From IMG/VR virus record IMGVR_UViG_3300045988_082442, positions 96,001 through 160,000 of that record: 64,000 bases of DNA; one strand, written 5' to 3'. Below the pieces are notes generated by a model that was not told the DNA's origin, searched no databases, and saw nothing but the letters and a program-made list of their open reading frames with translations. This DNA is from a virus. Position 1 is the stretch's first letter. Each line of letters opens with the position of its first letter. Positions 54,068-64,000 of the stretch are shown one piece after another. Both the position numbers and the translations under genes were made by a program.

Positions 54068-54976
54068 ATGAAAGAAAAGAAATTAGTGATTACGCCAGAA
54101 AAGTATAATTGGAGAGAGGAAGGATTTAACTTTACAAAGGTATTAAAATTAGAGTGTTTTAGAGAGGATAAACCTTTAATAATAGTAAAACAACCAAAGA
54201 CATGGGCAGGATTAGCAAGGGAAGTAATAAGAACATTTGACTATATAATAGAAGCAGAAGTTCAAAACAATCAAATGCTATTTATGGACAAGTTTAATGA
54301 AGCATTACATGGGGTAATAAAAGAATCAGGAGTAAGACCAAATACAAGTTTTTCAGAAGATTTATTTATATTTCCAACTAATGCAGAAATAAATACATCA
54401 AGAGGAATATATCCAGACCATTTACATAGTACAGTTTATATGAATAATGCAAATAGCTTATTAAAGATATTTGAAATACCAGATTCAACATTGTCAGCAT
54501 ATATAACAGCAGTATATAGTGGAGAAGTTGTGTGGGTTATAAATGCACTTATAAAAGCATTAGCTCAATATGATGTTAAAGTAGTAATAACATATATGGA
54601 TAGAGAAAAAGTAAACACAGAAAAACCAGTTCAAATGAGTATAGATGAGATAGAAACAAATAATGAGGAAAAAGTAGAAGATAAATCATTGAAAGAACAA
54701 CTAAATGATATAATAACAACACTAGAAATAGTAGCAGATGCATCTAGTGAAAAACTAAAAAGAACAGTAACATCAGCTAATGAGATAGACTTAGCAAATA
54801 GGGAGATGAGATTAGCATTAAGCCATCCAGAAGAAACAGACAATGAACTATTAAATGAGTATCAAAAATCAATAGATGAGGGAAGTATATCAATGTTAGA
54901 AAATATGGCATATTTAAGGGCATCAATATATTGTATTAAGACTAATTTAAACAATATAAAAGAACTTCTTTCTTAA
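54068..54976 (+). CDS. hypothetical protein
   Basis: 302-aa ORF after AGGAGG. Confidence 0.55.
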   Translation: MKEKKLVITPEKYNWREEGFNFTKVLKLECFREDKPLIIVKQPKTWAGLAREVIRTFDYIIEAEVQNNQMLFMDKFNEALHGVIKESGVRPNTSFSEDLFIFPTNAEINTSRGIYPDHLHSTVYMNNANSLLKIFEIPDSTLSAYITAVYSGEVVWVINALIKALAQYDVKVVITYMDREKVNTEKPVQMSIDEIETNNEEKVEDKSLKEQLNDIITTLEIVADASSEKLKRTVTSANEIDLANREMRLALSHPEETDNELLNEYQKSIDEGSISMLENMAYLRASIYCIKTNLNNIKELLS

Positions 54977-54996
54977 TCATAGATAATATAAAGTTG

Positions 54997-55011
54997 GTAA
55001 AATATTAATGA
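54997..55011 (+). promoter_or_regulatory. class-2 (late-type) motif GTAAAATATTAATGA
   Basis: Exact 15-mer upstream of the tail-fibre gene. Confidence 0.55.
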
Positions 55012-55046
55012 GGAATATGTAAAACCTCATTAATATTTTTTATTTT
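55004..55046 (+). terminator. intrinsic terminator whose 5' arm is the late motif
   Basis: ATTAATGAGG-aatatgtaaaa-CCTCATTAAT followed by ATTTTTTATTTT. Confidence 0.65.
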
Positions 55047-55063
55047 GTAAAGGAGAGTGTAGA

Positions 55064-58000
55064 ATGGCATCAGTTACAACACCAACTATAAATAAGATAA
55101 TTAGATTAAAGAATTATGATTTACTAGGTACACAATGTAAGAAATACAATATGTATATGTGCCTAGATACACTTCAATTATGGTATGACGAATCTGATTC
55201 AAAGAGAGTATTATATGCCTATGTAGGGGTAGACACAGTAAATGATTTACAGAAAAATTTAATACCAGAATTAGGAACAACATATTACTGTTGGGAGAGT
55301 AATTCATTATGGTTATGGATGAACAGATGGATATGTTTATATACAGATGGTAAATACCCTAGTGCATATAGAACAGATAACGGTTATATAGAAGAAGTAT
55401 ATTTAAGTGATGACCAACCAACAATAGTAGATAATAATGGATTATTGAGAGATGGCTCTGTTGTTGTTAGGGATGCTAATAGAATAATCAAAGGTAGATT
55501 ATATATAAGTGATAGCATGGATAATCTAGTTATATCATCATATTTAGGTGGTGGTGTAAGAATACTTCCAAATGGTGCATTCTCAAGTGATGGGGAATTA
55601 TACATAGATGATGATGCTAGAGCATATATTAGGGGAGAATGGAATGTAAGAAACCATGAAATTTATGTAGACTATACAGAAAAGCCAAATGAGGATAAAA
55701 ATGAATATAGAGATAGTACACATAGATATAGAGTATGGCATGAAGGAAACCTAAAATTATCTAGCTTTGATTTAACAGGAGAGAATATTTATAATAAGAT
55801 TATAGATGCACAAAAGAATGGAACATTACCAGACCCATTAGTATTAAATGTAGATAGATTAAATGGATTACATTCAACAGATTTTGCATTGAAGAGTCAT
55901 GTGCATACAACTAGCGAAATATCAGACTTTAAGGAAGCAACAGAAGCAGCAGCAGAAGCAGTATTAAAGAATAGATTAACAAATATGATATTCAAAGGTG
56001 CAAAAATAACATGGGTAGAAGCATCAAAGAAGTTTATGTTAAGTACAGATAACTTCATATTAACATTAACAGGTGGAGTTACAGGACAAGGTACTGTTAC
56101 AAATAATACAAATACAACAATAGCAGTAACAGTAGACCCAAATAAACATAAGCACAAAGATATAACTGATAGATTAGATAAATTAGAAAAAGGTGGAGGA
56201 GCAGACTTATCAAACTACTATAATAAACAAGAGGTAGATAAAAATATAAGTGATATGTTCTCAGCAACACCAATACAAGGAAAAGCATTATTAGTAGATA
56301 AAAATAAGAATTTACCAGGAAATGCTTTAACAGCAAGTGATTTAGACCATGATACGGAATTAGAATTAGATGGAGATATAACAGGAGCAGTTACATTTGG
56401 TTATGATTTAACTAGATTAACATTAACAACAGATGCATCAAAAATAGTATCAGATACAGCAACAGCAGGAAAAGCATTAAAATTAGATAGTAATGCAGAA
56501 TTACCAGCAACCTCATATAAAGCGAAACAATTAGACCATGATATAGAATTTAATATAGCAGGAGCAGTAACTGGAAGAGCAACATTAGATACATCTCAAT
56601 CATCATTTACAATAAATACAACAATACCAGCAGGCTCAAAGATACTAACAAAAGATGATTTAGGTGTAACAGTAGCATCATTAGGAAGTGATGGAAAAGT
56701 ATTAAGTTCACAATTACCAGATACAGCAATAGGTGGTATGAAAATAGTAGATACATGGTCAGGAGGAATAGCACCAAGTACAAAGCCAGGAGAAGGTAAT
56801 GTATGGTATGTAGATACAGACTGCACATTTAATGGAAAGAGCTATAAAGCAGGGGACTGGATTTATTATCATAATTCAAGTTGGAATAGAGCAGACTTAG
56901 GAGTAAGTGTTAAATCTGTAAATGGAAAATCAGGAGAAAGTATTACACTAACACCAGCAGATGTAAAAGCAATATCAGAAGATTATATAGACTATACAAT
57001 AGGTGCAGATATACCACAAAATAAAATAGTAGTCACAGATAAAGATAGGCATATAGCAGGAGCAACAGTTGATAAATTAACAAAAGAATTTTCAATAGGA
57101 AGTACTAATGGGGATGTTTCAATAAGTGCAACAAAGAGTACAAATTTAAAAACAGATGGCTCAAAGAACTTAAATTTAACAATGGAAATAACACAGGATG
57201 GATATGATAACATAGCAAAAAATGTTAGAAGAGATATAAAAAACAATAATTCAAATGTACCATTTAGAAAGAATTTGAACTTTGTTGACTTTGCCATAGC
57301 AGATGATAGTGGAACGAATACAGTTACAATTAAACCTGATTATACTAATGTTGATGAAATATTATATTTTAATGGAACGCTTACAGATGATTTTAAGAAA
57401 AGATTAACTAATAACTATTATAATAAAAATGACAGACCTTTTTATATAGCATATAGAGATGCTAACAATAGAATACAATTAGTTGGAATAAATGGAAGTA
57501 TTGCAGACGCAGCAGATAATACAACTATTTCTATACCAACAGGAGAATACTCTACAGTATTAGAAAGTAATAAAGTTATAACTAAAGTAGCAACAGCTAA
57601 TATAACATTTGATTCTGGTGGGAATATATCTAATTTTACAATAACAAGAACTAATTCAACAGAGGCATTACCAATATCTGGTGGTACATTAACAGGAAAT
57701 ATAACATTATCAAAATCATCAGGAGATGTAAGTTATTATGCCAAAAGAAGTGATACAGGAACTCAAGTTTGGATGGGTATAGGTTCAGGTGGTGTTAATC
57801 ATGGATTATACTCTAATAAGTTAAATAAATGGATGGTATATGCAGATGCAACAAATGTTTATCTAAATGGAAATGCCACATCAGCAACAAAAGCAACTCA
57901 AGATAGTGATGGAAATGCAATAAATACAACATATTTGAAAAAGTCAGGTGGCACAATGACAGGTACTATTACAACAAGAGCACTAACACCATCAGCAAAC

Positions 58001-58159
58001 AATACTTATAGTGTAGGAACAAGTAGTGCGAGATATAGTAATGGTTACTTTACAAATACAAATACAACAAATCTAATTGTAAATGGAAGAAAAGTATTTC
58101 TACAAAGTGGTACACCATCAGGAGCATCAAATGGTGATATATGGATAGTAACAAAGTAG
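55064..58159 (+). CDS. tail fibre protein
   Basis: 1031 aa, G/T/N/S-rich; internal repeats LDHDTELELDGDITGAVT / LDHDIEFNIAGAVTG; late motif upstream. Confidence 0.65.
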   Translation: MASVTTPTINKIIRLKNYDLLGTQCKKYNMYMCLDTLQLWYDESDSKRVLYAYVGVDTVNDLQKNLIPELGTTYYCWESNSLWLWMNRWICLYTDGKYPSAYRTDNGYIEEVYLSDDQPTIVDNNGLLRDGSVVVRDANRIIKGRLYISDSMDNLVISSYLGGGVRILPNGAFSSDGELYIDDDARAYIRGEWNVRNHEIYVDYTEKPNEDKNEYRDSTHRYRVWHEGNLKLSSFDLTGENIYNKIIDAQKNGTLPDPLVLNVDRLNGLHSTDFALKSHVHTTSEISDFKEATEAAAEAVLKNRLTNMIFKGAKITWVEASKKFMLSTDNFILTLTGGVTGQGTVTNNTNTTIAVTVDPNKHKHKDITDRLDKLEKGGGADLSNYYNKQEVDKNISDMFSATPIQGKALLVDKNKNLPGNALTASDLDHDTELELDGDITGAVTFGYDLTRLTLTTDASKIVSDTATAGKALKLDSNAELPATSYKAKQLDHDIEFNIAGAVTGRATLDTSQSSFTINTTIPAGSKILTKDDLGVTVASLGSDGKVLSSQLPDTAIGGMKIVDTWSGGIAPSTKPGEGNVWYVDTDCTFNGKSYKAGDWIYYHNSSWNRADLGVSVKSVNGKSGESITLTPADVKAISEDYIDYTIGADIPQNKIVVTDKDRHIAGATVDKLTKEFSIGSTNGDVSISATKSTNLKTDGSKNLNLTMEITQDGYDNIAKNVRRDIKNNNSNVPFRKNLNFVDFAIADDSGTNTVTIKPDYTNVDEILYFNGTLTDDFKKRLTNNYYNKNDRPFYIAYRDANNRIQLVGINGSIADAADNTTISIPTGEYSTVLESNKVITKVATANITFDSGGNISNFTITRTNSTEALPISGGTLTGNITLSKSSGDVSYYAKRSDTGTQVWMGIGSGGVNHGLYSNKLNKWMVYADATNVYLNGNATSATKATQDSDGNAINTTYLKKSGGTMTGTITTRALTPSANNTYSVGTSSARYSNGYFTNTNTTNLIVNGRKVFLQSGTPSGASNGDIWIVTK

Positions 58160-58172
58160 GAGGTAGGTAAAT

Positions 58173-58928
58173 ATGGCTTTACAAGAAGTAACTACATTTG
58201 GAGCAACAGGTTATACACCTTATCATAATCATGCATCTACAACTACCTATGATGTACAAAGTAATTTAAGGGTTAGAAATGGACCAGGAGTTAATTACAC
58301 ACAATTATATTACAGATACCCAGGAGATTGGTGGACAGTTGCAGAAAACTATAATGGATGGTGTAGGGTACCAAATGCAAATGAATGGACATCTAATTCA
58401 TATATGAGTAACCCAAACCCATCTCAGCCAACACCAGGTGAGTTTAGAGTAAATTCATTTAAAGTAACAGCAACCAGAGAAACTGCAAGTACAAAGCAAA
58501 TATCTGTAAAGTATGAATGGTGGTGGAATAATGTAGGTGGTACAACAGAAACTTATTATCATTGGAGAGTATATTGCTTTGCACGTAAAAATGGTGGTGA
58601 GGCACAGTATAATATTCACGGAGATACACAAAGCATAGGTAGAGATGGTAGTGGTTATTTTACAGAAACATGGACAATGGACGAAACATCTGGAAATACT
58701 ACATTACACTTTGGTAATTATGGTGTATGGTACACAAGTTATGGTGGTTATTGGAATCCTGGGGGTGGTGTAGGAAATAGCTTTACATTTAATATACCAA
58801 AGTACCAACCAAGCCCAGTAAGACAATTAGTAAATGGTACCTGGGAAACAATACCTATTAGACATACATCAGATAATTCAAATGTAGTAATAAAACAATT
58901 CAATGGTTCAAGTTGGATAGATTTATAG
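58173..58928 (+). CDS. SH3b-like domain protein (tail/host-binding associated)
   Basis: N-terminal LRVRNGPGVNYTQLYYRYPGDWWTVAENYNGWCRV. Confidence 0.5.
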   Translation: MALQEVTTFGATGYTPYHNHASTTTYDVQSNLRVRNGPGVNYTQLYYRYPGDWWTVAENYNGWCRVPNANEWTSNSYMSNPNPSQPTPGEFRVNSFKVTATRETASTKQISVKYEWWWNNVGGTTETYYHWRVYCFARKNGGEAQYNIHGDTQSIGRDGSGYFTETWTMDETSGNTTLHFGNYGVWYTSYGGYWNPGGGVGNSFTFNIPKYQPSPVRQLVNGTWETIPIRHTSDNSNVVIKQFNGSSWIDL

Positions 58929-58936
58929 AATATGAA

Positions 58937-58967
58937 AAAGACTACAAATAATGTAGTCTTTATTTTT
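58937..58967 (+). terminator. intrinsic terminator
   Basis: AAAGACTACA-aataa-TGTAGTCTTT followed by ATTTTT. Confidence 0.8.
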
Positions 58968-58968
58968 A

Positions 58969-58983
58969 GTAAAATATTAATGA
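58969..58983 (+). promoter_or_regulatory. class-2 (late-type) motif GTAAAATATTAATGA
   Basis: Exact 15-mer, 2 nt after the terminator. Confidence 0.55.
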
Positions 58984-59013
58984 GTAATAAGTATTATAGA
59001 AAGGAGATTATAT

Positions 59014-61218
59014 ATGGCAGATGTTTGGTGTGATAATGGTTGGCATACTGGTGGAGCACCTAGAAGAAAAGTATCTGGAACTTTAAGTGCTAATTATTCA
59101 GGTTTAACCATAAGTGCTTCTTTTAGTGGAAATCAAGTATTAACTGCTTCAGGTTTCTCTTCAATGTCAGATACAGCAAGACTTTACATAGATGGTAATC
59201 AGGTTGGCAGTACAACAGTTGCAATGACTGGTGGTGGAATATCTATGTCAGGTTCTTTAAATGTAGGTGCTGGAAATCATACAATTTCAGTAACTATGGA
59301 ATGTCCTGATGTTACAAATGGAAGACATTGTTCTGCCAGTCTAAGGGGACCTATAACTATTGGTTCATTAACATTATATGTACCAGACCCATATTCTCCC
59401 CCTTCTTATGATATATGGAGTGCTACCCAAATTGTAAAGGTTGATAGGGATAAAGTAGATGTAAACTATAAAATAGATGGTGGTACAAATGGACTTGATT
59501 GGGTTATTGCAAGAGTAGACGGTGTAAAGGATTTTAATGCAAGTAAAAATAAAGGTGGTTCTTTATGGACATCTTTCTACCCAACATGGGGTGATGGCTT
59601 TAGACATGGAAGCTCTTATAATGTTAGAATAAGATTTAGCGATAATCATGCAGAATATCAAACAGGACATAAGACCTTTTATACATATCAAGAACCTAAA
59701 CTTACAGGAGTATCTGTAAGTCCATCATCTGCAAATGCACAAAACCAATCTATAACATTTACACAATCAGGAATAAACGATAGAGCTTGGTCAACATTAG
59801 AACAAAAATTCTATACATTAGCACATTGTACAGCTGGTGGTTCAAATGTAGGTAATGGATGGACACAAGTAGGTACAGTGGGAAACAATGCTTCATTTAC
59901 ATTAAACGGAGCATCATTAAGGGGATTTGTACCAAAGGCTTATGATAATCAAACAGTAACAATGCATGTTAAAAGAAGGAACAGTTCAGCAAACTGGGAA
60001 AGTGCAGAGCAAACTTGCACATTTAAAGTTATATATAGACCTCAAAAAGGTGTAACCTGTGCTAATACATCATACAAGAAGAATAACTCATTTGGTGCTG
60101 CAGTAGGTAAGGGGGCATTAGTAATAAATGATAATACTACAACTGGAATACATATATCTTGGAATTATGATACAACAACATCTGATGCAGGATATACACA
60201 GGGTTATAGAATAAGATTATATAATACATCTAAAGTAGTAGTAAAAACATATTATACATCTAGCAAGAACTATACAATACCTAAAGCAGATATACCTAAA
60301 ATGCAGAATACTTATATAGATATAACTCCATATTTTGCAAATGACCAAAGTAGTGTTGCTTCATCAGCTGTTGCAGGAAATTATTGGTATTTTGCAAACC
60401 CAGTTAAATGTGATTTTGTAGTGTTGGCTACTAAATTGAGCAAACCAACAATAACATACCCAGTAGAAGGAAGTGAGTGGATAAATACAAAATTTAGAGT
60501 TTGTTTCCAATTACCATCAGATGGAGATAAGGGTGCAGAACTAGAAACATATCATTATGAGGATATAGAGGTAAGTGTAAATGGAAAAGTATTTAGAATG
60601 ACATCAAATCCAGAAGGTTTAACATCTGGTGGAGTTCAAGCAGCTGGAGCATTTAGTTCAACAGCATCAAATTTAACATATACAAAAAAGATAGTTGTTG
60701 CACCATTTAAAGCATCTAATTTCCCTACAGCATCAACATATCAAATAAGGGTAAGAGTTAAAAAGAAATATACAACAGTAAAGAATAACTGGAGCCCATG
60801 GAGTGATGTTAGAACATTTAGAGTAAAGACAGCTACATTTACACCAGCAGTAGGAGATATAATTTATGCTTCCCACTATAATGATTCTAAAAAGGTTATA
60901 GATAGGGTAAGAAAAACATATAGTGTAGCTTGGAATACAAAACCATCAGATGTAGCAAGAGGAACAGAGATATTAAGAACACAATATCCATATACAAATT
61001 TATATAGTATTATTGTTGATACTAAAAAGAAAGTAAATAACTATGCAACATTTGATTCTTCTCAAACATCTGTAAAATTTGATAGCACAAATGCAATACA
61101 AGAAAACTTTACACAATATGTTGAATTGGTAACAGCAGCGAGTAATGAAAGCAAGTCTGATGCAAGTGGTAGAAACTATATGAGAATAGTTTACGATAGA
61201 TGCAACAAGTTAATTTAG
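59014..61218 (+). CDS. large structural protein (Ig/FN3-like repeats likely; receptor-binding candidate)
   Basis: 734 aa, beta-rich composition, late motif upstream. Confidence 0.5.
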   Translation: MADVWCDNGWHTGGAPRRKVSGTLSANYSGLTISASFSGNQVLTASGFSSMSDTARLYIDGNQVGSTTVAMTGGGISMSGSLNVGAGNHTISVTMECPDVTNGRHCSASLRGPITIGSLTLYVPDPYSPPSYDIWSATQIVKVDRDKVDVNYKIDGGTNGLDWVIARVDGVKDFNASKNKGGSLWTSFYPTWGDGFRHGSSYNVRIRFSDNHAEYQTGHKTFYTYQEPKLTGVSVSPSSANAQNQSITFTQSGINDRAWSTLEQKFYTLAHCTAGGSNVGNGWTQVGTVGNNASFTLNGASLRGFVPKAYDNQTVTMHVKRRNSSANWESAEQTCTFKVIYRPQKGVTCANTSYKKNNSFGAAVGKGALVINDNTTTGIHISWNYDTTTSDAGYTQGYRIRLYNTSKVVVKTYYTSSKNYTIPKADIPKMQNTYIDITPYFANDQSSVASSAVAGNYWYFANPVKCDFVVLATKLSKPTITYPVEGSEWINTKFRVCFQLPSDGDKGAELETYHYEDIEVSVNGKVFRMTSNPEGLTSGGVQAAGAFSSTASNLTYTKKIVVAPFKASNFPTASTYQIRVRVKKKYTTVKNNWSPWSDVRTFRVKTATFTPAVGDIIYASHYNDSKKVIDRVRKTYSVAWNTKPSDVARGTEILRTQYPYTNLYSIIVDTKKKVNNYATFDSSQTSVKFDSTNAIQENFTQYVELVTAASNESKSDASGRNYMRIVYDRCNKLI

Positions 61219-61232
61219 TAAAATATTAATGA
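61218..61232 (+). promoter_or_regulatory. class-2 (late-type) motif GTAAAATATTAATGA
   Basis: Exact 15-mer overlapping the upstream stop codon. Confidence 0.55.
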
Positions 61233-61260
61233 ATGAAATTTTAATAAAGGAGAGGTTGAA

Positions 61261-62301
61261 ATGATAAAAGATTATAGTAAAGTACCTCGTACATTTAGTG
61301 TTACAAATAACACAGGAGCAGACAAGGAGATAGATTTAAGATTTATCAAATTAGTAGTTAAAAATGAAGAAACAATATCTGTAAAAGTAGAGGTAAGCGA
61401 ACACCTTGCATTATTTACAGCAAGAGCAAATGAATTAGGTTTAGAGTTAGGAGAACCAGCAACAGAAGTAACTGATGAAGCTTCTATGAAAGAAGCATTA
61501 GTAGATGAAAATGTTAAAGAAGTTGTATTGTCAGCAGATTTAGAATTAGCAGAAGCATTAGTACCTACACATGATATAACAATAGATGGTAATGGAAAAA
61601 CAATAACATCTACTAAAAGAATCGCAAATGCTGAAGGTGTTACAGTTGAATTAAAAAATGTTAATGTAAATGTTACAGAAGACACAGCAGTTAGAGCATC
61701 AAAAGGTGGAAAAGTAATTATAGGAAGTGATGCTAAAATAACTAACACAAAAGGTTGGGGTGTAACAGCATTTGAAGAAGGAACAACAGTAGAAATAAAT
61801 GGAACTATTGAAACTGGTTCAGAACCTTGTATTGCAGGAAATGGTTCAGCAGGTAAAGGAAATACAAATATAGTAATAAATGAAGGAGCTAAATTAGTGT
61901 CTGATGATATAACTATATTCATACCACAAGACGGAACAGTTACAATCAATGGTGGTGAAATAGTAGGTAAAACTGCAATAGGTATAAAAGCAGGTACACT
62001 TAACATAAATGGTGGTACATTGACAGCAAATGGTGAAAAAGTAGAAACACCAAAAGCAAATAACAATGGTATGGCTGCTTGGGGAGATACAATAGCAATA
62101 GAAGTAAATAAAGGATATGCTGGTGGAAAAACAGATAAGAACATCAAAGTAAATGTATCAGACAAAGCAGTATTAACTTCAGCAAACGCAGAAGTAATAA
62201 GAGAATTCAACCCACTAAAAGAAACAATATCAACAGAAGTAACAGGTGCTTATGCAAATAAAGAAGAAGTTGCAGAAAACATATTTGTATATACAAAATA
62301 A
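61261..62301 (+). CDS. structural protein with beta-helix-like G/N/T repeats
   Basis: IDGNGKTITST, VEINGTIETG, VTINGGEIVG, LNINGGTLTANG periodicity; RBS AAGGAGAGG. Confidence 0.55.
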   Translation: MIKDYSKVPRTFSVTNNTGADKEIDLRFIKLVVKNEETISVKVEVSEHLALFTARANELGLELGEPATEVTDEASMKEALVDENVKEVVLSADLELAEALVPTHDITIDGNGKTITSTKRIANAEGVTVELKNVNVNVTEDTAVRASKGGKVIIGSDAKITNTKGWGVTAFEEGTTVEINGTIETGSEPCIAGNGSAGKGNTNIVINEGAKLVSDDITIFIPQDGTVTINGGEIVGKTAIGIKAGTLNINGGTLTANGEKVETPKANNNGMAAWGDTIAIEVNKGYAGGKTDKNIKVNVSDKAVLTSANAEVIREFNPLKETISTEVTGAYANKEEVAENIFVYTK

Positions 62302-62319
62302 TAATGAAATAGATATATG

Positions 62320-62356
62320 AACAAGGGATATGTAATAGTATCCCTTGTTTTATTAT
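62320..62356 (+). terminator. intrinsic terminator
   Basis: AACAAGGGA-tatgtaatagta-TCCCTTGTT followed by TTATTATTT. Confidence 0.7.
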
Positions 62357-62359
62357 TTG

Positions 62360-62374
62360 GTAAAATACTAATGT
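62360..62374 (+). promoter_or_regulatory. class-2 motif variant GTAAAATACTAATGT
   Basis: 13/15 match to the late motif. Confidence 0.4.
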
Positions 62375-62457
62375 AAAGGAAATTTAAGGAGGAGGTAATC
62401 AAATGGCAAATTCAGTAGCATATTATGCTAAGATGTTGTAGTAAGTAGGAGGAAGAG

Positions 62458-64000
62458 ATGGGTAATAATAGAGTAAAGCTAAATGACAAGATTTTGTCAG
62501 ATGAGGAGTTAAAGAACGAGATAATAAAATATTATATAAATAATAATCATACAATACAAGAAACAGCAGATTACTTTGACGTGAATATAACAACCATTAC
62601 TAGAAAGTTAAAGAAGTTCAAAATTAGAAAATCAAAAGAACTTATAGAAGAATCTAAAAAGATGAGAAATAGAGAAAAATATGGTGTAGATTACCCTCTA
62701 CAATTAGAAGAGACTACAAGGAAAAGGGAGCAAACCAATTTAGAGAAATATGGTTATAAAAATCAATTTCAAAGACCAGATATAATAGAAGATATACAAG
62801 ATGCTAGAAGTGAAAAGATGGACAAGATTGTATCTAAAACAAAAGATACTTGGAATAAAAGATACGGTGGGCATCCATTATCAAATAAAGGGGTACAGCT
62901 TAAAGCAAAACAAACTAACTTAAAAAGATATGGTGTAGAATATTCATCCCAAAATGATGATATAAAGAAGAGGAAGAAAATTTCCAGAATAAAATACTTT
63001 GAGGAAAATTCAGAAGAATATAATCTGTTAAGAGATAAAGAGAGATTTAAACAAATAGTATTAAGTATTCCTTACGAAGAAAGAACATCAACATCATGTG
63101 CAGAAAAAATGGGCATACATACAACTACATTTAATAAGTGGTTTAAGCTTCATAATCTTAAAGAAGAGATTTCAATGAACTTTCAAAGAAGTAGACAGGA
63201 ACAAGAAATAACAGAATATATAAAATCATTTTATACAGGTATTGTAATAAATAACTATAAGCTAGATATGGAACTAGACATTTATTTACCAGAATTAAAA
63301 TTAGGAATAGAGTTTAATGGAACATATTATCATGATGTGGAACATAAAGGAAAAGGTTACCATCAAGAGAAATCATTCTATTTTAAAGAAAAAGGAATAT
63401 TTGTATATCATATATATGAATGGGAATGGGAAGATGATATAAAAAGAGAAATAATAAAAAATAGTTTAAGAAGAATGATACTAAACGATAACAAAGTTAT
63501 CTATGCAAGAAAATGTGAACTTAAAGAAGTAGGTTCATCTGAATCATCTAAATTCTTAAATCAATATCATATACAAGGTAATGTAAATGCAACTATAAGA
63601 TATGGTTTATATTATGAAGATACCCTTGTAGAGATAATGACATTTTCAAAAGCAAGATATACAGACGGATATGAAATAATAAGATTGTGTTCTAAATCAG
63701 ATATAAATGTAGTAGGTGGAACAGAAAGATTATTTAAGCATTTTATAGAACAATATAATCCTAGTAGAATTATCTCATATTGTAACATAGATAAGTTTAA
63801 GGGAACAATATATGAGAAAGTAGGCATGAAGCTGGACAAGATAAATCCACCAAATTATAAATGGGTAAATTGTAATGATAATGATGTTAAGTCAAGATAC
63901 CAATGTCAAAAGCATCTAATAAGGGAAGATGAAAATGATACTAGAACTGAATCAGAAATTATGAAATCAAGAGGATATATAAAAGTAGAAGACGCTGGGA
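62458..64000 (+). CDS. homing-endonuclease-like protein, paralog of 18987..20540 (3' partial, runs off the window)
   Basis: Frame hand-checked open from ATG 62458 (after AGGAGG) to the window end; HTH-like IQETADYFDVNITTITRKLKK, KYG/RYG repeats, LDIYLPELKLGIEFNG...H, YHIQGN...GGTERLFKHF...SYCNIDKFKG. Confidence 0.6.
   Translation, partial: MGNNRVKLNDKILSDEELKNEIIKYYINNNHTIQETADYFDVNITTITRKLKKFKIRKSKELIEESKKMRNREKYGVDYPLQLEETTRKREQTNLEKYGYKNQFQRPDIIEDIQDARSEKMDKIVSKTKDTWNKRYGGHPLSNKGVQLKAKQTNLKRYGVEYSSQNDDIKKRKKISRIKYFEENSEEYNLLRDKERFKQIVLSIPYEERTSTSCAEKMGIHTTTFNKWFKLHNLKEEISMNFQRSRQEQEITEYIKSFYTGIVINNYKLDMELDIYLPELKLGIEFNGTYYHDVEHKGKGYHQEKSFYFKEKGIFVYHIYEWEWEDDIKREIIKNSLRRMILNDNKVIYARKCELKEVGSSESSKFLNQYHIQGNVNATIRYGLYYEDTLVEIMTFSKARYTDGYEIIRLCSKSDINVVGGTERLFKHFIEQYNPSRIISYCNIDKFKGTIYEKVGMKLDKINPPNYKWVNCNDNDVKSRYQCQKHLIREDENDTRTESEIMKSRGYIKVEDAG

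Noticed and set aside
61272-62210. A 312-aa minus-strand ORF antisense to 61261..62301, and many other 60-260-aa minus-strand ORFs inside + strand genes (for example 9288..10073, 11866..12405, 39861..40403).
   Set aside because: They have low-complexity Leu/Ser/Phe-rich translations typical of the antisense of AT-rich, purine-skewed coding sequence. They lack an RBS, and each overlaps a + strand ORF with recognisable motifs and good translation signals.

Overview
AT-rich segment of a large tailed-phage genome, Firmicutes/Clostridia-like in style. Every credible gene is on the + strand. Recognisable content: an SNF2 helicase, LemA, an amidase endolysin with holin, and a large terminase carrying an HNH intein. 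There are also tail-fibre/late structural genes, an NAD-dependent DNA ligase split in two by a GIY-YIG homing endonuclease, and further homing-endonuclease-like genes. An RNA/tRNA-repair set is present: a Thg1-like enzyme, a Pnkp-like kinase-phosphatase-ligase, two RlaP-like nucleotidyltransferases and YqeY. Two highly repeated promoter-like motif families punctuate the window. The outstanding feature is a dispersed, phage-borne CRISPR-like system. Five mini-arrays (3630, 29059, 30100, 32920, 49244) hold 19 well-formed 36-nt repeats of consensus GTTTTATAGCTATATAAAATGACACAGATGTGAAAG. Each array is preceded by a conserved ~50-nt two-hairpin leader that shows compensatory base changes, and two further solo leaders lie at 35018 and 45277. 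A 601-aa TnpB/Cas12-like protein with only a RuvC nuclease domain (33202..35007) sits directly downstream of a tRNA/tRNA-like cluster and array 4. A solitary unit of repeat 3' handle plus a 20-nt guide is sandwiched exactly between a tRNA-like element and tRNA-Trp. One array-4 spacer is 26/30 identical to the phage's own tRNA-Tyr, with anticodon-stem differences that are compensatory. No Cas1/Cas2/Cas4-like ORF is visible in the window. All folds and homology calls were made by eye from motifs, so they need computational confirmation.
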